A stretch of DNA of 63,998 nt, filler included, from Acidimicrobiia bacterium (GTDB lineage: Bacteria > Actinomycetota > Acidimicrobiia > Spongiisociales > SHLN01): NCBI GenBank assembly GCA_041619515.1. It is 8 parts of 8 records of this genome, joined end to end, with 100 filler letters (N's around TTAATTAATTAA, not from the genome) between each part and the next. Parts side by side here need not be neighbours in the genome. Positions count along the whole stretch, not along the records: positions 8,664 to 17,183 come from JBFKDW010000099.1; positions 17,284 to 25,745 come from JBFKDW010000100.1; 6 more parts are not named here. One strand, given 5' to 3'. Under the pieces are notes generated by a model. The model saw only the letters and a list, made by a program, of their open reading frames with translations. It searched no databases and was not told the origin of the DNA. This document shows positions 8,664-18,401 of the stretch, in pieces (position 1 is the first letter of the stretch; the number at the start of each line of letters is the position of its first letter). Made by a program: the position numbers and the translations under genes.

Positions 8664-9404
8664 CACATACAGCTCGCCGGCCTCCTCGGTGTCCTCGAAG
8701 GCGGCGACCGGGTAGAGGAAATCACGCGGGTTGGCCAACCCGTTCGCCCCGATGGGGCCCCGCTCCGGCAGCTCGAAGTACGCGCCGTAGTTCTCGCAGA
8801 TGTAGCCGCGGGCAGAATCATCGAGCAGGTCGACCCGGAACTTCATCCCGCGCGGCATCACGCAGATCTCCCCGGGCGATACCACCAGGACCCCGCATTC
8901 GGTGGCGAAGCTGAGCCGGCCGGCCTGCGGCACGATGAGCAGCTCGCCGTCGGCGCAATAGAAGTAGGTGTTGGTCATCGATTCGGTGGCGAAGAAGAGA
9001 TGGGCGGCCATGCCGGTCTGGGTGTGGGCGTCGCCGTTGGTCGCGACGGTTCGCATGCCCGTCAAGAAGTTGGTCGGCTCCTCCGGAAACGGCGGAGGAT
9101 TCCAGCGCAGCTGGCCGATGGGAGGCTGGGTCTCACGGTTCGGAGCGGTCCGAATGTGGTGGTTCTCCACCTCCGTGAACTGCCAGGCATGACGCACCGA
9201 GGGCCGTATTCGGTAGTGCCAATTGCGCCGGTTGCGGGGATTGGGCACGGTGAAGGCGGTGCCGGACAGTTGCTCTGTGTAGAGCCCGAGTGGCGGCTGC
9301 TGCGGGTTGTTCTGGCCGACCGGAAGTGCCCCCGGCAATGCCTCCGAAGCGAACTCGTTCCCAAACCCCGATTGATACTCCGGATGGGTGATCTCCCCAG
9401 CCAT
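8664..9404 (-). CDS. hmgA: homogentisate 1,2-dioxygenase (3' truncated)
   Basis: [73 protein letters not shown] before ATG 9404. Confidence 0.95.
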
Positions 9405-9616
9405 GCGGACCTCCTCGTTTGTGGTCGAGGCTACCGGAGGCGATCCGAACCGACCGGGCCGGTCACGATGTGGCCGGCATGGCACGGCCGTCACCCGGGA
9501 ATTGACCACCCACCGGCCGGCGTTGTCCCACCAGACATGAGAACAGAACACACCCTGACCAGAAGGTCGGAGCAGACTCGCCGGCGGGCGGCGCCGGCGT
9601 GGAACGGGTACAGGCG

Positions 9617-10483
9617 ATGAGCTTCGGGCTGGTTCTCGGCGCCGGAGGGGCTACCGCCTGGGTATTCCATATCGGCGTATTACGTGCACTACGCGAGGCC
9701 GGGAGGGTCGACCCTGCCGACGCTTCCATAGTCGTCGGTACCTCGGCAGGCGCCAGCGTGGCCGCCGCCCTCCGGGCGGGGCTCGACGTGGAGGAGATCT
9801 ACCGGGCGGTGACCACCCCACCATCACCCGAACAACGGTCGGCGATGATGACCGATCTGCGAGCCGCCCGGAAAACCGCCCGACCATTGTCCCCCCGCCT
9901 CGCCCGGCATCTGCTGCCGGGAGGGAAGGGCTCCACCTATGCGGTCGCCGGGCTATTGCCGCCGGGGTGGTTCCCGACCGACTGGCTGGCCGCTTTCCCG
10001 GGCGTCGATCGGCTGAGCGAATGGCCGCCGGGCCTGTGGATTCCATCGGTGCGGGCCACCGACGGAGAGGTGGTCGTCTTCGGCCGAGATCGACTGGATG
10101 TCCCGGTCCCGGTGGCGCTGGAGGCATCCTCTGCGGTCCCCGGCCTGTTCCGTCCACGCTTGATCGATACCGTGCCCTTCATCGATGGGGCTGTGGCGTC
10201 GTCCACGCATGCGGACCTCCTGCTGGGCACCGGAATCGACCTGGCCGTGATCTCAGCACCGATGGCCAAGCCCGGGAGCAGCCCCTTCGTCCGCCGTGCC
10301 AGACAACGTCTTGCAGCCGAGGTGGCCGCGCTCCGGAAGGCCGGTGTCGAGACGATCGTGGTTGAAGGTTCCGCCCAGGTACGGGAGGCCGCCCGCGGAT
10401 TCCCTCGCCGCAACCCCGGCGCGGCTCCGGTCATCGCCGGCCACGCCCGCGACGCCACCCGCCTAGCGTTCGGGATTGCCTGA
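9617..10483 (+). CDS. patatin-like phospholipase
   Basis: LVLGAGG, GTSAG nucleophile, ASSAVPG, DGA. Confidence 0.88.
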   Translation: MSFGLVLGAGGATAWVFHIGVLRALREAGRVDPADASIVVGTSAGASVAAALRAGLDVEEIYRAVTTPPSPEQRSAMMTDLRAARKTARPLSPRLARHLLPGGKGSTYAVAGLLPPGWFPTDWLAAFPGVDRLSEWPPGLWIPSVRATDGEVVVFGRDRLDVPVPVALEASSAVPGLFRPRLIDTVPFIDGAVASSTHADLLLGTGIDLAVISAPMAKPGSSPFVRRARQRLAAEVAALRKAGVETIVVEGSAQVREAARGFPRRNPGAAPVIAGHARDATRLAFGIA

Positions 10484-10500
10484 CCGGCCCGGGTTTCCCT

Positions 10501-11748
10501 TTACAGATCCTTCTCGGCCAGCTCACGAAACTCGTCGGGAACCGAACGGGCATCCCCCAAAGCCACCGAACCGTATCCGACCGCTTCCCGCCCGAAGCGG
10601 TCCCGGACCGCATCGACCGCTCGATCGAGCACCCAGCGGGCAGCTCCCTTCTCGGTTCCGGGCCGCCGCTCCTCGTTCTCGAGCTCGAAGGGGAGCTCCA
10701 GCTGGAGGACTGCGTCGTTCTCGAGATGCGACACAGATATCGCCAGCAGCGAAAGGAACTCCTCGTCCGGGTGATCGGCCAGGGCCGTCTGCACCAAATC
10801 CTCGGCCACCTCAGCGAGGATCGCCGTTGCCGAGATAGCCGCCGGCAGCGTAACGGAGCGAGTGACGGACCGAAGGTCGGCGAACCGAACCCGCACCGTG
10901 ACGGTCCGGCCCGCCCGCGATTTGGCCCGCAGCCGGCTGGCGACGCGGTCGGCCAGGTGACGCAAACTGGGCCCGATGACCTCCTCGGTGGCCGGCTTGC
11001 GGCCGAGGGCGGATTGCGCCCCAACCGACCGGGCCCGATGGTGTGTCTGAATCTGGCGGGGGTCCCGGTTCCAGGCCAGCGCACCGAGCTTGCCTCCTGC
11101 CGCCCGGCCCAGCAAGCGCTCGAGCGACCGTCCCGGAGTCTCCGCCAGCTCCCCGATGGTTGAGACACCGACCTCGGCCAGCCGCGCCCTGGTGACCGGG
11201 CCCACCCCCCACATGAGCTCCACGGGCAGATCGTGAAGGAAGTCGAGCTCCTCAGCAGGGTTGACGACCACCAGCCCGTCCGGCTTGGCAACCTGTGAAG
11301 CGATCTTTGCCAGATGCTTGGTGCGGGCCACACCCACCGAAATCGGGAGCCCCACCTCGGCTCGTACCCTGGCCCGCACCGCCCTGGCCATCTGTGCGGG
11401 AGCTCCGAAAAGATGGATCGAGCCGGCTACCTCGGCGAAGGCCTCGTCGATCGAGATCCGCTCGATGAGCGGGGTGAAGTCGCCAAGCACCCCGATGGCG
11501 GCATCACCGAGCCGTTGATACTCCTTGAAGTGGCCCCCCACAAACCGCAGTTGCGGACAGAGCTGGCGGGCCCGTCGTCCCGGCATCCCGCCTCGCACGC
11601 CGAAGGCTTTCGCCTCGTAGGAGGCGGCTAGTACGACCCCGCCCCCAACTGCGATCGGCTTGCCGCGCAGCGAGGGATCGAGGAGCTGCTCGACCGAGGC
11701 GTAAAAGGCGTCGAGGTCGGCATGGAGAATCGTGGCCATCGCTGCCAT
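10501..11748 (-). CDS. dinB: DNA polymerase IV (Y family)
   Basis: ILHADLDAFYASVE, AASYEAK, SIDEAF, AKIAS...KPDG. Confidence 0.95.
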   Translation of the reverse strand: MAAMATILHADLDAFYASVEQLLDPSLRGKPIAVGGGVVLAASYEAKAFGVRGGMPGRRARQLCPQLRFVGGHFKEYQRLGDAAIGVLGDFTPLIERISIDEAFAEVAGSIHLFGAPAQMARAVRARVRAEVGLPISVGVARTKHLAKIASQVAKPDGLVVVNPAEELDFLHDLPVELMWGVGPVTRARLAEVGVSTIGELAETPGRSLERLLGRAAGGKLGALAWNRDPRQIQTHHRARSVGAQSALGRKPATEEVIGPSLRHLADRVASRLRAKSRAGRTVTVRVRFADLRSVTRSVTLPAAISATAILAEVAEDLVQTALADHPDEEFLSLLAISVSHLENDAVLQLELPFELENEERRPGTEKGAARWVLDRAVDAVRDRFGREAVGYGSVALGDARSVPDEFRELAEKDL

Positions 11749-11765
11749 ATGCCATCTCAGCCTAA

Positions 11766-11781
11766 TCGAACATGTGTTCGC
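11766..11781. promoter_or_regulatory. LexA (SOS) box adjacent to the dinB -10 element
   Basis: TCGAAC-ATGT-GTTCGC matches the actinobacterial TCGAAC-N4-GTTCGA; minus-strand TAGGCT at 11759-11764. Confidence 0.85.
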
Positions 11782-11862
11782 TCGTCGAGAGGTCACGGGC
11801 GAGCGCTAGCCTGGTGCCGGGACCGACCCCCTGGGCAGGAGGTGCCGCTCCCGGAGGTTGCA

Positions 11863-12708
11863 TTGGCCGGTTACCACAGGGTCGCAGTGGGGAACGCCGA
11901 ACTGATCGCGCTGCAGGACTCCTGGACAAAACGGGAGCCGGGCGGCTTCTTCGTCGGAGTGGACGCCGAAGCCTGGGAGCCGTACGAAGAGTGGCTGGAA
12001 GACGACGGGCTCATGGCCCACAACTTCGGGAGCTTCCTGATTCGCAGCCAGGGGAAGGTCATGCTGGTCGACACCGGCCTCGGCCAGTGGCCCAACCCGC
12101 TGCACCTGCTGCAACCGCCGTCCTTGCTCGAAGCCATGGGGAAGGCGGGCTTCTCCCCAGACGACGTGGATCTCGTTCTCTTCACGCACCTGCACTGGGA
12201 TCACACCGGGTGGAACACCCGGGCGGAGGGGGACACCCTCGAGCTGACGTTCCCCAACGCCACCTACGTCGCCCAGCAGAAGGAATTCGACTACTGGACC
12301 GGTCCCGGCGACAAGCCGACCAACGGCCCTGCCTTCGACCGGGTGCTGGCGCCGATCATCGCAGCCGACCGGCTCGAGCTGGCAACGGGGGAATACACCG
12401 CCACCCGTGAAGTGGTGGCCGTCCCCACGCCGGGCCACACGCCGGGTCACGTGAGTTTCGCAGTCGTGAGCGGTGGAGAGCGTGCCTATATCCTCGGGGA
12501 CGCCGCCCACAAGCCCGTACAGCTCACCGAGCCCGACTGGTATCCCGGCTTCGACCTCGATCCCGTCGAGTCGACCAAGAGCCGCCACATGATCCTCGAC
12601 CGCGCCGAGCGAGAGCAGGCACTCCTGGCGGGCGGTCACTTCGCTTTCCCCAGCATGGGATACCCGGCTCACGTGGATGGGCAACGGACCTTCCGATACA
12701 TCTCCTGA
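11863..12708 (+). CDS. MBL-fold metallo-hydrolase (AHL-lactonase/YtnP-like)
   Basis: LVDTG, THLHWDHTGWN, TPGHTPGH, GDA.H, GGHF; GGAGG before TTG 11863 (alternative start GTG 11842). Confidence 0.88.
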   Translation: MAGYHRVAVGNAELIALQDSWTKREPGGFFVGVDAEAWEPYEEWLEDDGLMAHNFGSFLIRSQGKVMLVDTGLGQWPNPLHLLQPPSLLEAMGKAGFSPDDVDLVLFTHLHWDHTGWNTRAEGDTLELTFPNATYVAQQKEFDYWTGPGDKPTNGPAFDRVLAPIIAADRLELATGEYTATREVVAVPTPGHTPGHVSFAVVSGGERAYILGDAAHKPVQLTEPDWYPGFDLDPVESTKSRHMILDRAEREQALLAGGHFAFPSMGYPAHVDGQRTFRYIS

Positions 12709-12857
12709 GGCCGCCGGGCCACAACGGCCCCGGGAGTTGATGGCCGAGACTTCGCAACCAGCACCGGCGATGTCGACGCCGGGAACCGGTGGCCGTTGCG
12801 GGCGTCGGGGGCCGCTAACCTCGTGGCTTCCGGAATGGAGGGGAAGGAACTCAAGCG

Positions 12858-13865
12858 ATGGCCGAGGTTTTCTACGACAGCGATGCCGATCCCGGCATCA
12901 TCGCCGGCCGAACCGTGGCCGTCATCGGCTTTGGGAGCCAGGGCCACGCCCACGCCCTCAATCTGTTCGACTCCGGCGTTCCGGTCATCGTCGGCTTGCG
13001 GGAAGGTTCTACGAGCCGCCGCACGGCCGAAGAGGCCGGGCTCCGTGTCGAGTCCCCGTCTGCTGCCGCCCGGGAGGCCGACGTGGTCATGCTCCTGCTC
13101 CCCGATCATCTGACCGGCGACCTCTACCACGAAGAGATCGAGCCAAACCTCAGCCCGGGCGACGCTCTCTTCCTGGCACATGGCTTCAACATCCACTTCG
13201 ACGTCATCCACCCCCCTGAGGGCGTTGATGTCGTGATGGTCGCCCCCAAGGGGCCCGGGCACCTGGTCCGGCGCACCTACACGGAGGGAAGCGGGGTGCC
13301 CTGTCTGCTGGCCGTTCACCAGGATGCCACCGGCGGCGCCTGGGACCTCGGCCTGAGCTACGCCTGGGGTATCGGCGGCGGCCGGGCCGGCGTGCTCAAG
13401 ACGACCTTCAAGGAGGAGACGGAGACCGACCTCTTCGGAGAACAGGTCATCTTGTGCGGCGGCGTCGCCGAGCTGGTCAAGGCGGCTTTCGGCATCATGG
13501 TCGAGGCCGGCTACCAGCCCGAGTCCGCCTACTTCGAGACGCTCCATGAGCTCAAGCTGATCGTCGACCTCATGTACGAGGGCGGGCTGTCGTGGATGCG
13601 GTACTCGATCTCCGACACCGCCGAGTACGGGGACTACACCCGCGGCCCGCGGGTGGTCACGGATGAAACCCGCAAGGCGATGGCCAAGATCCTGGAGGAG
13701 ATCCAGTCCGGCGAGTTTGCCCGCGAATGGCTGGCCGAAGGCAGAGCGGGTGCCCCGCTCCTGCTGGAGCGCCGAGCCGCCGAGCAGGTCGAACTCATCG
13801 AAAAGGTGGGCGGAGAGCTCCGCTCCATGATGCCGTTTCTCGTCCCGAAGCAGCCCCCCGCTTAG
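12858..13865 (+). CDS. ilvC: ketol-acid reductoisomerase
   Basis: [46 protein letters not shown]. Confidence 0.98.
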   Translation: MAEVFYDSDADPGIIAGRTVAVIGFGSQGHAHALNLFDSGVPVIVGLREGSTSRRTAEEAGLRVESPSAAAREADVVMLLLPDHLTGDLYHEEIEPNLSPGDALFLAHGFNIHFDVIHPPEGVDVVMVAPKGPGHLVRRTYTEGSGVPCLLAVHQDATGGAWDLGLSYAWGIGGGRAGVLKTTFKEETETDLFGEQVILCGGVAELVKAAFGIMVEAGYQPESAYFETLHELKLIVDLMYEGGLSWMRYSISDTAEYGDYTRGPRVVTDETRKAMAKILEEIQSGEFAREWLAEGRAGAPLLLERRAAEQVELIEKVGGELRSMMPFLVPKQPPA

Positions 13866-13895
13866 CGGCCGCCGGACCAGCCGGCGACCCGGCGA

Positions 13896-15224
13896 TCAGA
13901 TCTGGGGATCGCTCTCGAGGAGCGTGACGGTTCCGGCGTCTCCGTCGACGGCACCGATGAACGAGCGGCTCGCGTGCAGCTCTGGGAGCGAGAGGCCGGT
14001 CGCCCTCTCCAGGTCGACCCCGCACACGGCCGGCAGCCCGAGCCAGGCTGCGACCTCGAACAGATGGGCCCCGGGGCTGCCGCCGAGCGTCACGATGCCG
14101 GCGGCATCCCAGAGCAACGGCGCCAGGTTGGTGATCGGATAGACGGCGGCGATCACCTGCCGCGGCTCCAGCCGTTCAGCATCATCGGCATCTCTGACCA
14201 ATCGCAGCCGTCCGGCTCCCCACCCGGAGCATGCCGGTGTGCCCTCGGCGGTGTATCCGCGAGATGACACGACTTCGAACAATGCCGGCTCCCATTTCGT
14301 GATGCCCGACCGGCCGGCAGCCTCTCGCCGCCCCGCCTCGCGCCGGATGCGCCCGATCAGTTCGGCGGGCGTGAGGCCCGGATCGAAGCTCGCCGGGCTC
14401 GGCGCCTGTGTCGCACCTCCAGCGGGGTGTGGTCCCGGCCCGGTGATACGCGGCTGCGCCTGCAACAGCCAGAGCCGGCCGTCGGCCTCCGCCCACTCGA
14501 TGTGCCGGGCGCCAATCGCCGCCGTGACGTTCCGGGCGAGCTCTGCCACCGATGCCACCCGGCCGTGTCCGATGGCATCGACCGCTGCCGCCGGCCGGGC
14601 TCCGGCGTCGTCGACCACTATCCCCCGGCCTCGCTCCCAGCCGGACACGATGGCGGCCGGGTGACCGGCGATCGCCACGATGGTGACCGTGCCCGCCCGG
14701 TCGACCGTTGCGACCCCCCCGAATTCCGGGGCGATCTCCGCCTGGACCAGCACCCCCATCCCTTCGAGGGCGGGGCTTACACCAGTGGCGTCCATTCGTC
14801 CGAGTGGGTCCGGGGCGAACACGGAAGCCCAACAGCCGAGCACACCGAGGACGACCTCATCAGGAGCGAGCTCGGCATAGGAAGCAAAGGCCCCCGCCCA
14901 GGGCCCGTCGGCTTCCATGGGAGCCGAGGACCGGACGACGAGCCGGTCCCCGAGACGAGACGCCCCGGCGACGACTTCGGCTTCCATCGACGGATCGAGG
15001 GTCAGCCGGGTGATGGCGGCCCGGGCCGCGCCCGAGTTCCCGCTCTCGAGTGCTCGAAGCCCGGCGGCAAGAGCCGTTCGGGATGCCGAAACCGGAATCA
15101 CGAGACCGTCGAGCACCGGCAGGTGCGCCCTCTTGGCTCGTGCCAGCGCTGCCGCCTTGGCACCGGCAATGACCGGGTCGAGTGCCCGCCCGTCGTCGAG
15201 GGTCAGCACCCGGTCCCCGGTCAA
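13896..15224 (-). CDS. PEP-utilising enzyme (PPDK-N nucleotide-binding domain plus phospho-His swivel domain)
   Basis: GAKAA.L, VVRSSA..E....AG, IEWA...LWLLQA; C-terminal GSPGAHLFEVA..LGLPAV and VDG..G.V. Confidence 0.75.
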   Translation of the reverse strand: MTGDRVLTLDDGRALDPVIAGAKAAALARAKRAHLPVLDGLVIPVSASRTALAAGLRALESGNSGAARAAITRLTLDPSMEAEVVAGASRLGDRLVVRSSAPMEADGPWAGAFASYAELAPDEVVLGVLGCWASVFAPDPLGRMDATGVSPALEGMGVLVQAEIAPEFGGVATVDRAGTVTIVAIAGHPAAIVSGWERGRGIVVDDAGARPAAAVDAIGHGRVASVAELARNVTAAIGARHIEWAEADGRLWLLQAQPRITGPGPHPAGGATQAPSPASFDPGLTPAELIGRIRREAGRREAAGRSGITKWEPALFEVVSSRGYTAEGTPACSGWGAGRLRLVRDADDAERLEPRQVIAAVYPITNLAPLLWDAAGIVTLGGSPGAHLFEVAAWLGLPAVCGVDLERATGLSLPELHASRSFIGAVDGDAGTVTLLESDPQI

Positions 15225-16459
15225 TCGATCACGATGATCTCGTGGTTCTTGTAGGTCGAGACCAGTTCGATCCCGGTCTCGGTGACATAGATCATCTCCT
15301 CGAGTCGCACACCGTGGTCATGGAGCTTGCCGTGCTGGGTTTCGAGGGCAAACGTCATGCCGGGCTCGATCGTCACGGGATGGTCGAGAGACCAGATTCG
15401 AGAGATGACCGGTGGATCGTACTGGGCAAGCCCGAGACCATGGCCCCAGTTGTTGGCGGCCGCCTGGTCTTCCTCTTCATAGCCCCAAGCTTCCTTGGCG
15501 GACGGCCACTTGGACGCAACGTCGGCGGTAGTAACGCCCGGGCGGGTGGCTTCGATCGAATCCCACAGCCACCTGTGCGCCTCGTCGTAGGTGGCCTGCA
15601 TCTCATCGGTCGGCCTCCCACCAACGCAGTAGGTGCGATACACGCAGCTCTTGAAGCCGTTCCAGGTGAGGGCCGCAAGGTCGATGATCACGAGCTCACC
15701 GGGACGGATCCTGCGATCTGAGAAGTTCCTCCAGTTCGGCCAGGCATTGGGCCCGGAGGACACGATGACGTCCTCCACATCTTCCATCCCCGGGATCGCA
15801 TAGAGCGTCTCGAATCCGAAGGCCGCCACCTGGTTCTCGGTCATGCCCGGTTTCATGAAGTTGGTGATCTCGTAGTGGACGTAGTCACAGATCGACCCGA
15901 CCATCGCGAATGCCTTGATCTCGTCGGGGCTCTTGATGGCCCGGGCCTCCATCATGGGGGTCATGGCATCGGTCCACTCGATCCCGCGCTCCTGGAACGC
16001 CTTGATGAGGTTGATGTCGATGAAGTCCACGCCGAGCGGCTTGTCCTGGACACCGGCTGCTTCGAGGTCGTCCATGAGCGCATTCACGAACTTGTTGACC
16101 TGCTGCTCGGCAGCCGGGCCGACCGCGCCCTTGATCCAGATGTAGGAGTGGCGGATGTTCTCTTTCGGGATCCATGGATTGTGGACTTCCAGATGCATCC
16201 CGATGTCGCCCTGCTCATAGACGATCGGCGGCTTGTCCTCGGTGATCACGACATAGCGCAACCCGGGCTTGAGACGGTTCCACCCGGGAGTGAGGGTAGA
16301 GGAGACGTAGCGCATGTTCTCGTCGTAGAACAGCAGCATCGCTCCGAGCCCATGGCGCTTCATGGCGGCGTGGGCCCGCTTCAGCCGCCACTGCCGAACG
16401 GCCTCCCAGTTGATTCCCTCTTTCCAGTCCGTGCTCGCGACACCGAACGCTTATCTCAT
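15221..16459 (-). CDS. M24 (Xaa-Pro peptidase/DddP-like) family protein with in-frame TAA at codon 3
   Basis: AR.IKS..EI, GHGLG, ALET and RLEE motifs; RBS AGGAGG then ATG AGA TAA (16451-16453), then an open frame into the ORF at 16363. Confidence 0.8.
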
Positions 16460-16567
16460 TACCCGTCGCCTCCTGTCGTGTCCTTCCGATTCTTGCAGGC
16501 CCCTCGGTTCACCGGCCGGCCGGGAAACGAGTCGGAACCGTTCTCCAATTCATGATCGCCCGCCGGG

Positions 16568-17183
16568 CTACCGCCTTCCCGGAAGCACCCGGTCGACGAT
16601 GTTGAGGAACTCGGTCTCATCCAGGAGGTCGCGCTTGGCGAGGGAAGCATCCTTCACCTCCAGCAAGATCTCGGTGAGTTCCTCGGTCTTCCACTCGATG
16701 CCGTACCGGTCGAGCCAGATCGCAATCGAGTCGACCCCCGATCCCTTCCCGAGCACGATCTTGGGCGGGGATTGTCCGACCAGCTCGGGCCGATACGGGA
16801 ATGCCTCGGTGAGATGCTCATCGCCGACATTGTTGACCCAGCTGGCAATGATGCCGCTCTCCACGTTGAAGAGCTGCTCACCGATCACGGGGCGGTTGGA
16901 GGGCTGCTCGACACCCGCCAACCCCAGCACCAGCTGTGCCAGGTCGTAGAAGTGCTCGGTCTTGATGCCCGTGTCGATGCCGTACATCGTGAGAAGTGCC
17001 AGCACCGTTTCTTCCATGGGAGCGTTGCCCGCCCGTTCGCCAAGACCGGCCACGGTGGTCTGAATCACCTGTGCTCCCCGGGCGACTGCCAGCACGGTGT
17101 TGGCAACCCCCATGCCGAAGTCCATGTGGAAGTGGGTCTCGAGCGGGACATCGATGCGCTCACGGACGTTGCGGGCGAAGAAC
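16568..17183 (-). CDS. DRE-TIM (isopropylmalate/homocitrate synthase-like) enzyme, 5' truncated
   Basis: HFHMDFGMGVAN, GLGERAGNA..EE, ESGI, LGKGSG. Confidence 0.85.
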
Positions 17184-17283
17184 NNNNNNNNNNNNNNNNN
17201 NNNNNNNNNNNNNNNNNNNNNNNNNNNTTAATTAATTAANNNNNNNNNNNNNNNNNNNNNNNNNNNNNNNNNNNNNNNNNNNN
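17184..17283. other. artificial contig spacer
   Basis: N run with TTAATTAATTAA. Confidence 0.99.
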
Positions 17284-17284
17284 A

Positions 17285-17476
17285 GGCTCCACCCACGACG
17301 AGGAATACGCCCATGTCCCGTCGATGCTGGCCGATGTGCGGGCCGGTCGCCGCACCGAGATCGACTTCATTCTCGGCTCGCTGGTGCGCGAGGCCCGCCG
17401 TCTCGGTGTTCCGGCCCCACTCTCCGAGTGCCTCTACCGCCTCGTCAAAGCCCGCGACCGGTCCTACGACGCATGA
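17285..17476 (+). CDS. C-terminus of a ketopantoate reductase (ApbA/PanE)-family protein
   Basis: Manual translation PSMLADVRAGRRTEIDFILG..VREARRLGVPAP, TGA 17474-17476. Confidence 0.8.
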   Translation, partial: GSTHDEEYAHVPSMLADVRAGRRTEIDFILGSLVREARRLGVPAPLSECLYRLVKARDRSYDA

Positions 17477-17486
17477 GGAGGACCGG

Positions 17487-18401
17487 GTGAAGATCGGCAT
17501 CGTCGGTTCGGGGGCGGTCGGCAGCCTGTTTGCCGCCCACCTCGGCAGGCTCGAGGACGTCGACACCTGGGTCTACGACGTTTCCCAAGCCCACGTCGAC
17601 GCCATCAACCGAAGCGGCCTGCGACTGACCGGTGTGGGCGAGATCCACAGCCATCCGCGGGCCACCACCGATCCCGCCGAGCTGCCCGCGCTCGACTTCG
17701 GCATCGTCGCAACCAAAGGGATGCACACCCGGGCGGCGATCGAGGCGGTAGCCGGCGCCTTCCAAGCCGGGGTGGTCTGCTCGGTTCAGAACGGCATCGG
17801 CAACGAGGAGATCATCTCCGAGCTCGTGCCGGCCGTCATTCGCGGGACGACCTTTCCGGCCGGGAGGCTGATCGAACCCGGGCTCGTGCAATGGGACACC
17901 GCCGGCAAGACCTGGATCGGGCCCTTCGAACCGAAGCCGGCCACGATGGACCAGGTCCGGGTGCTGGCCGACACGCTCACCCGGAGCGGGATGGAGACGC
18001 TGGCTCTCGAGGATGCCCGCGGCGCCCAGTGGACCAAGCTCATCTTCAACGCCGCCAGCAACGCGTTGTGCTCGCTCACCCGGCTGCCCCATGGCAGAGC
18101 GGCCCGTGACCACCATGTGCGGTGGGTGATGGACGGAGTCATCGAGGAAGGCAAGGCGGTGGCCGCCGCCCTCGGCGTCCATATGGACAAGGACCCGGCG
18201 GTGCTGCTGGAGGAAAGCATCGAAGTGGCACTCGACCACAAGCCCAGCATGCTCCAGGATGTGCTGGCGGGTCGACCCACCGAGATCGACCAACTCAACG
18301 GCGGCATCGTTCGCTTCGGCGATGATCATGGCATCGACACGCCACTCAATCGGGCGGCCTGGTCGCTCGTCAAGGGATTGGAGGCTTCGTGGAAGCTGTG
18401 A
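17487..18401 (+). CDS. panE: ketopantoate reductase family protein
   Basis: GSGAVG, VQNGIG, WTKLIFN, PSMLQD..GRPTEID; RBS GAGGAGG before GTG 17487. Confidence 0.88.
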   Translation: MKIGIVGSGAVGSLFAAHLGRLEDVDTWVYDVSQAHVDAINRSGLRLTGVGEIHSHPRATTDPAELPALDFGIVATKGMHTRAAIEAVAGAFQAGVVCSVQNGIGNEEIISELVPAVIRGTTFPAGRLIEPGLVQWDTAGKTWIGPFEPKPATMDQVRVLADTLTRSGMETLALEDARGAQWTKLIFNAASNALCSLTRLPHGRAARDHHVRWVMDGVIEEGKAVAAALGVHMDKDPAVLLEESIEVALDHKPSMLQDVLAGRPTEIDQLNGGIVRFGDDHGIDTPLNRAAWSLVKGLEASWKL

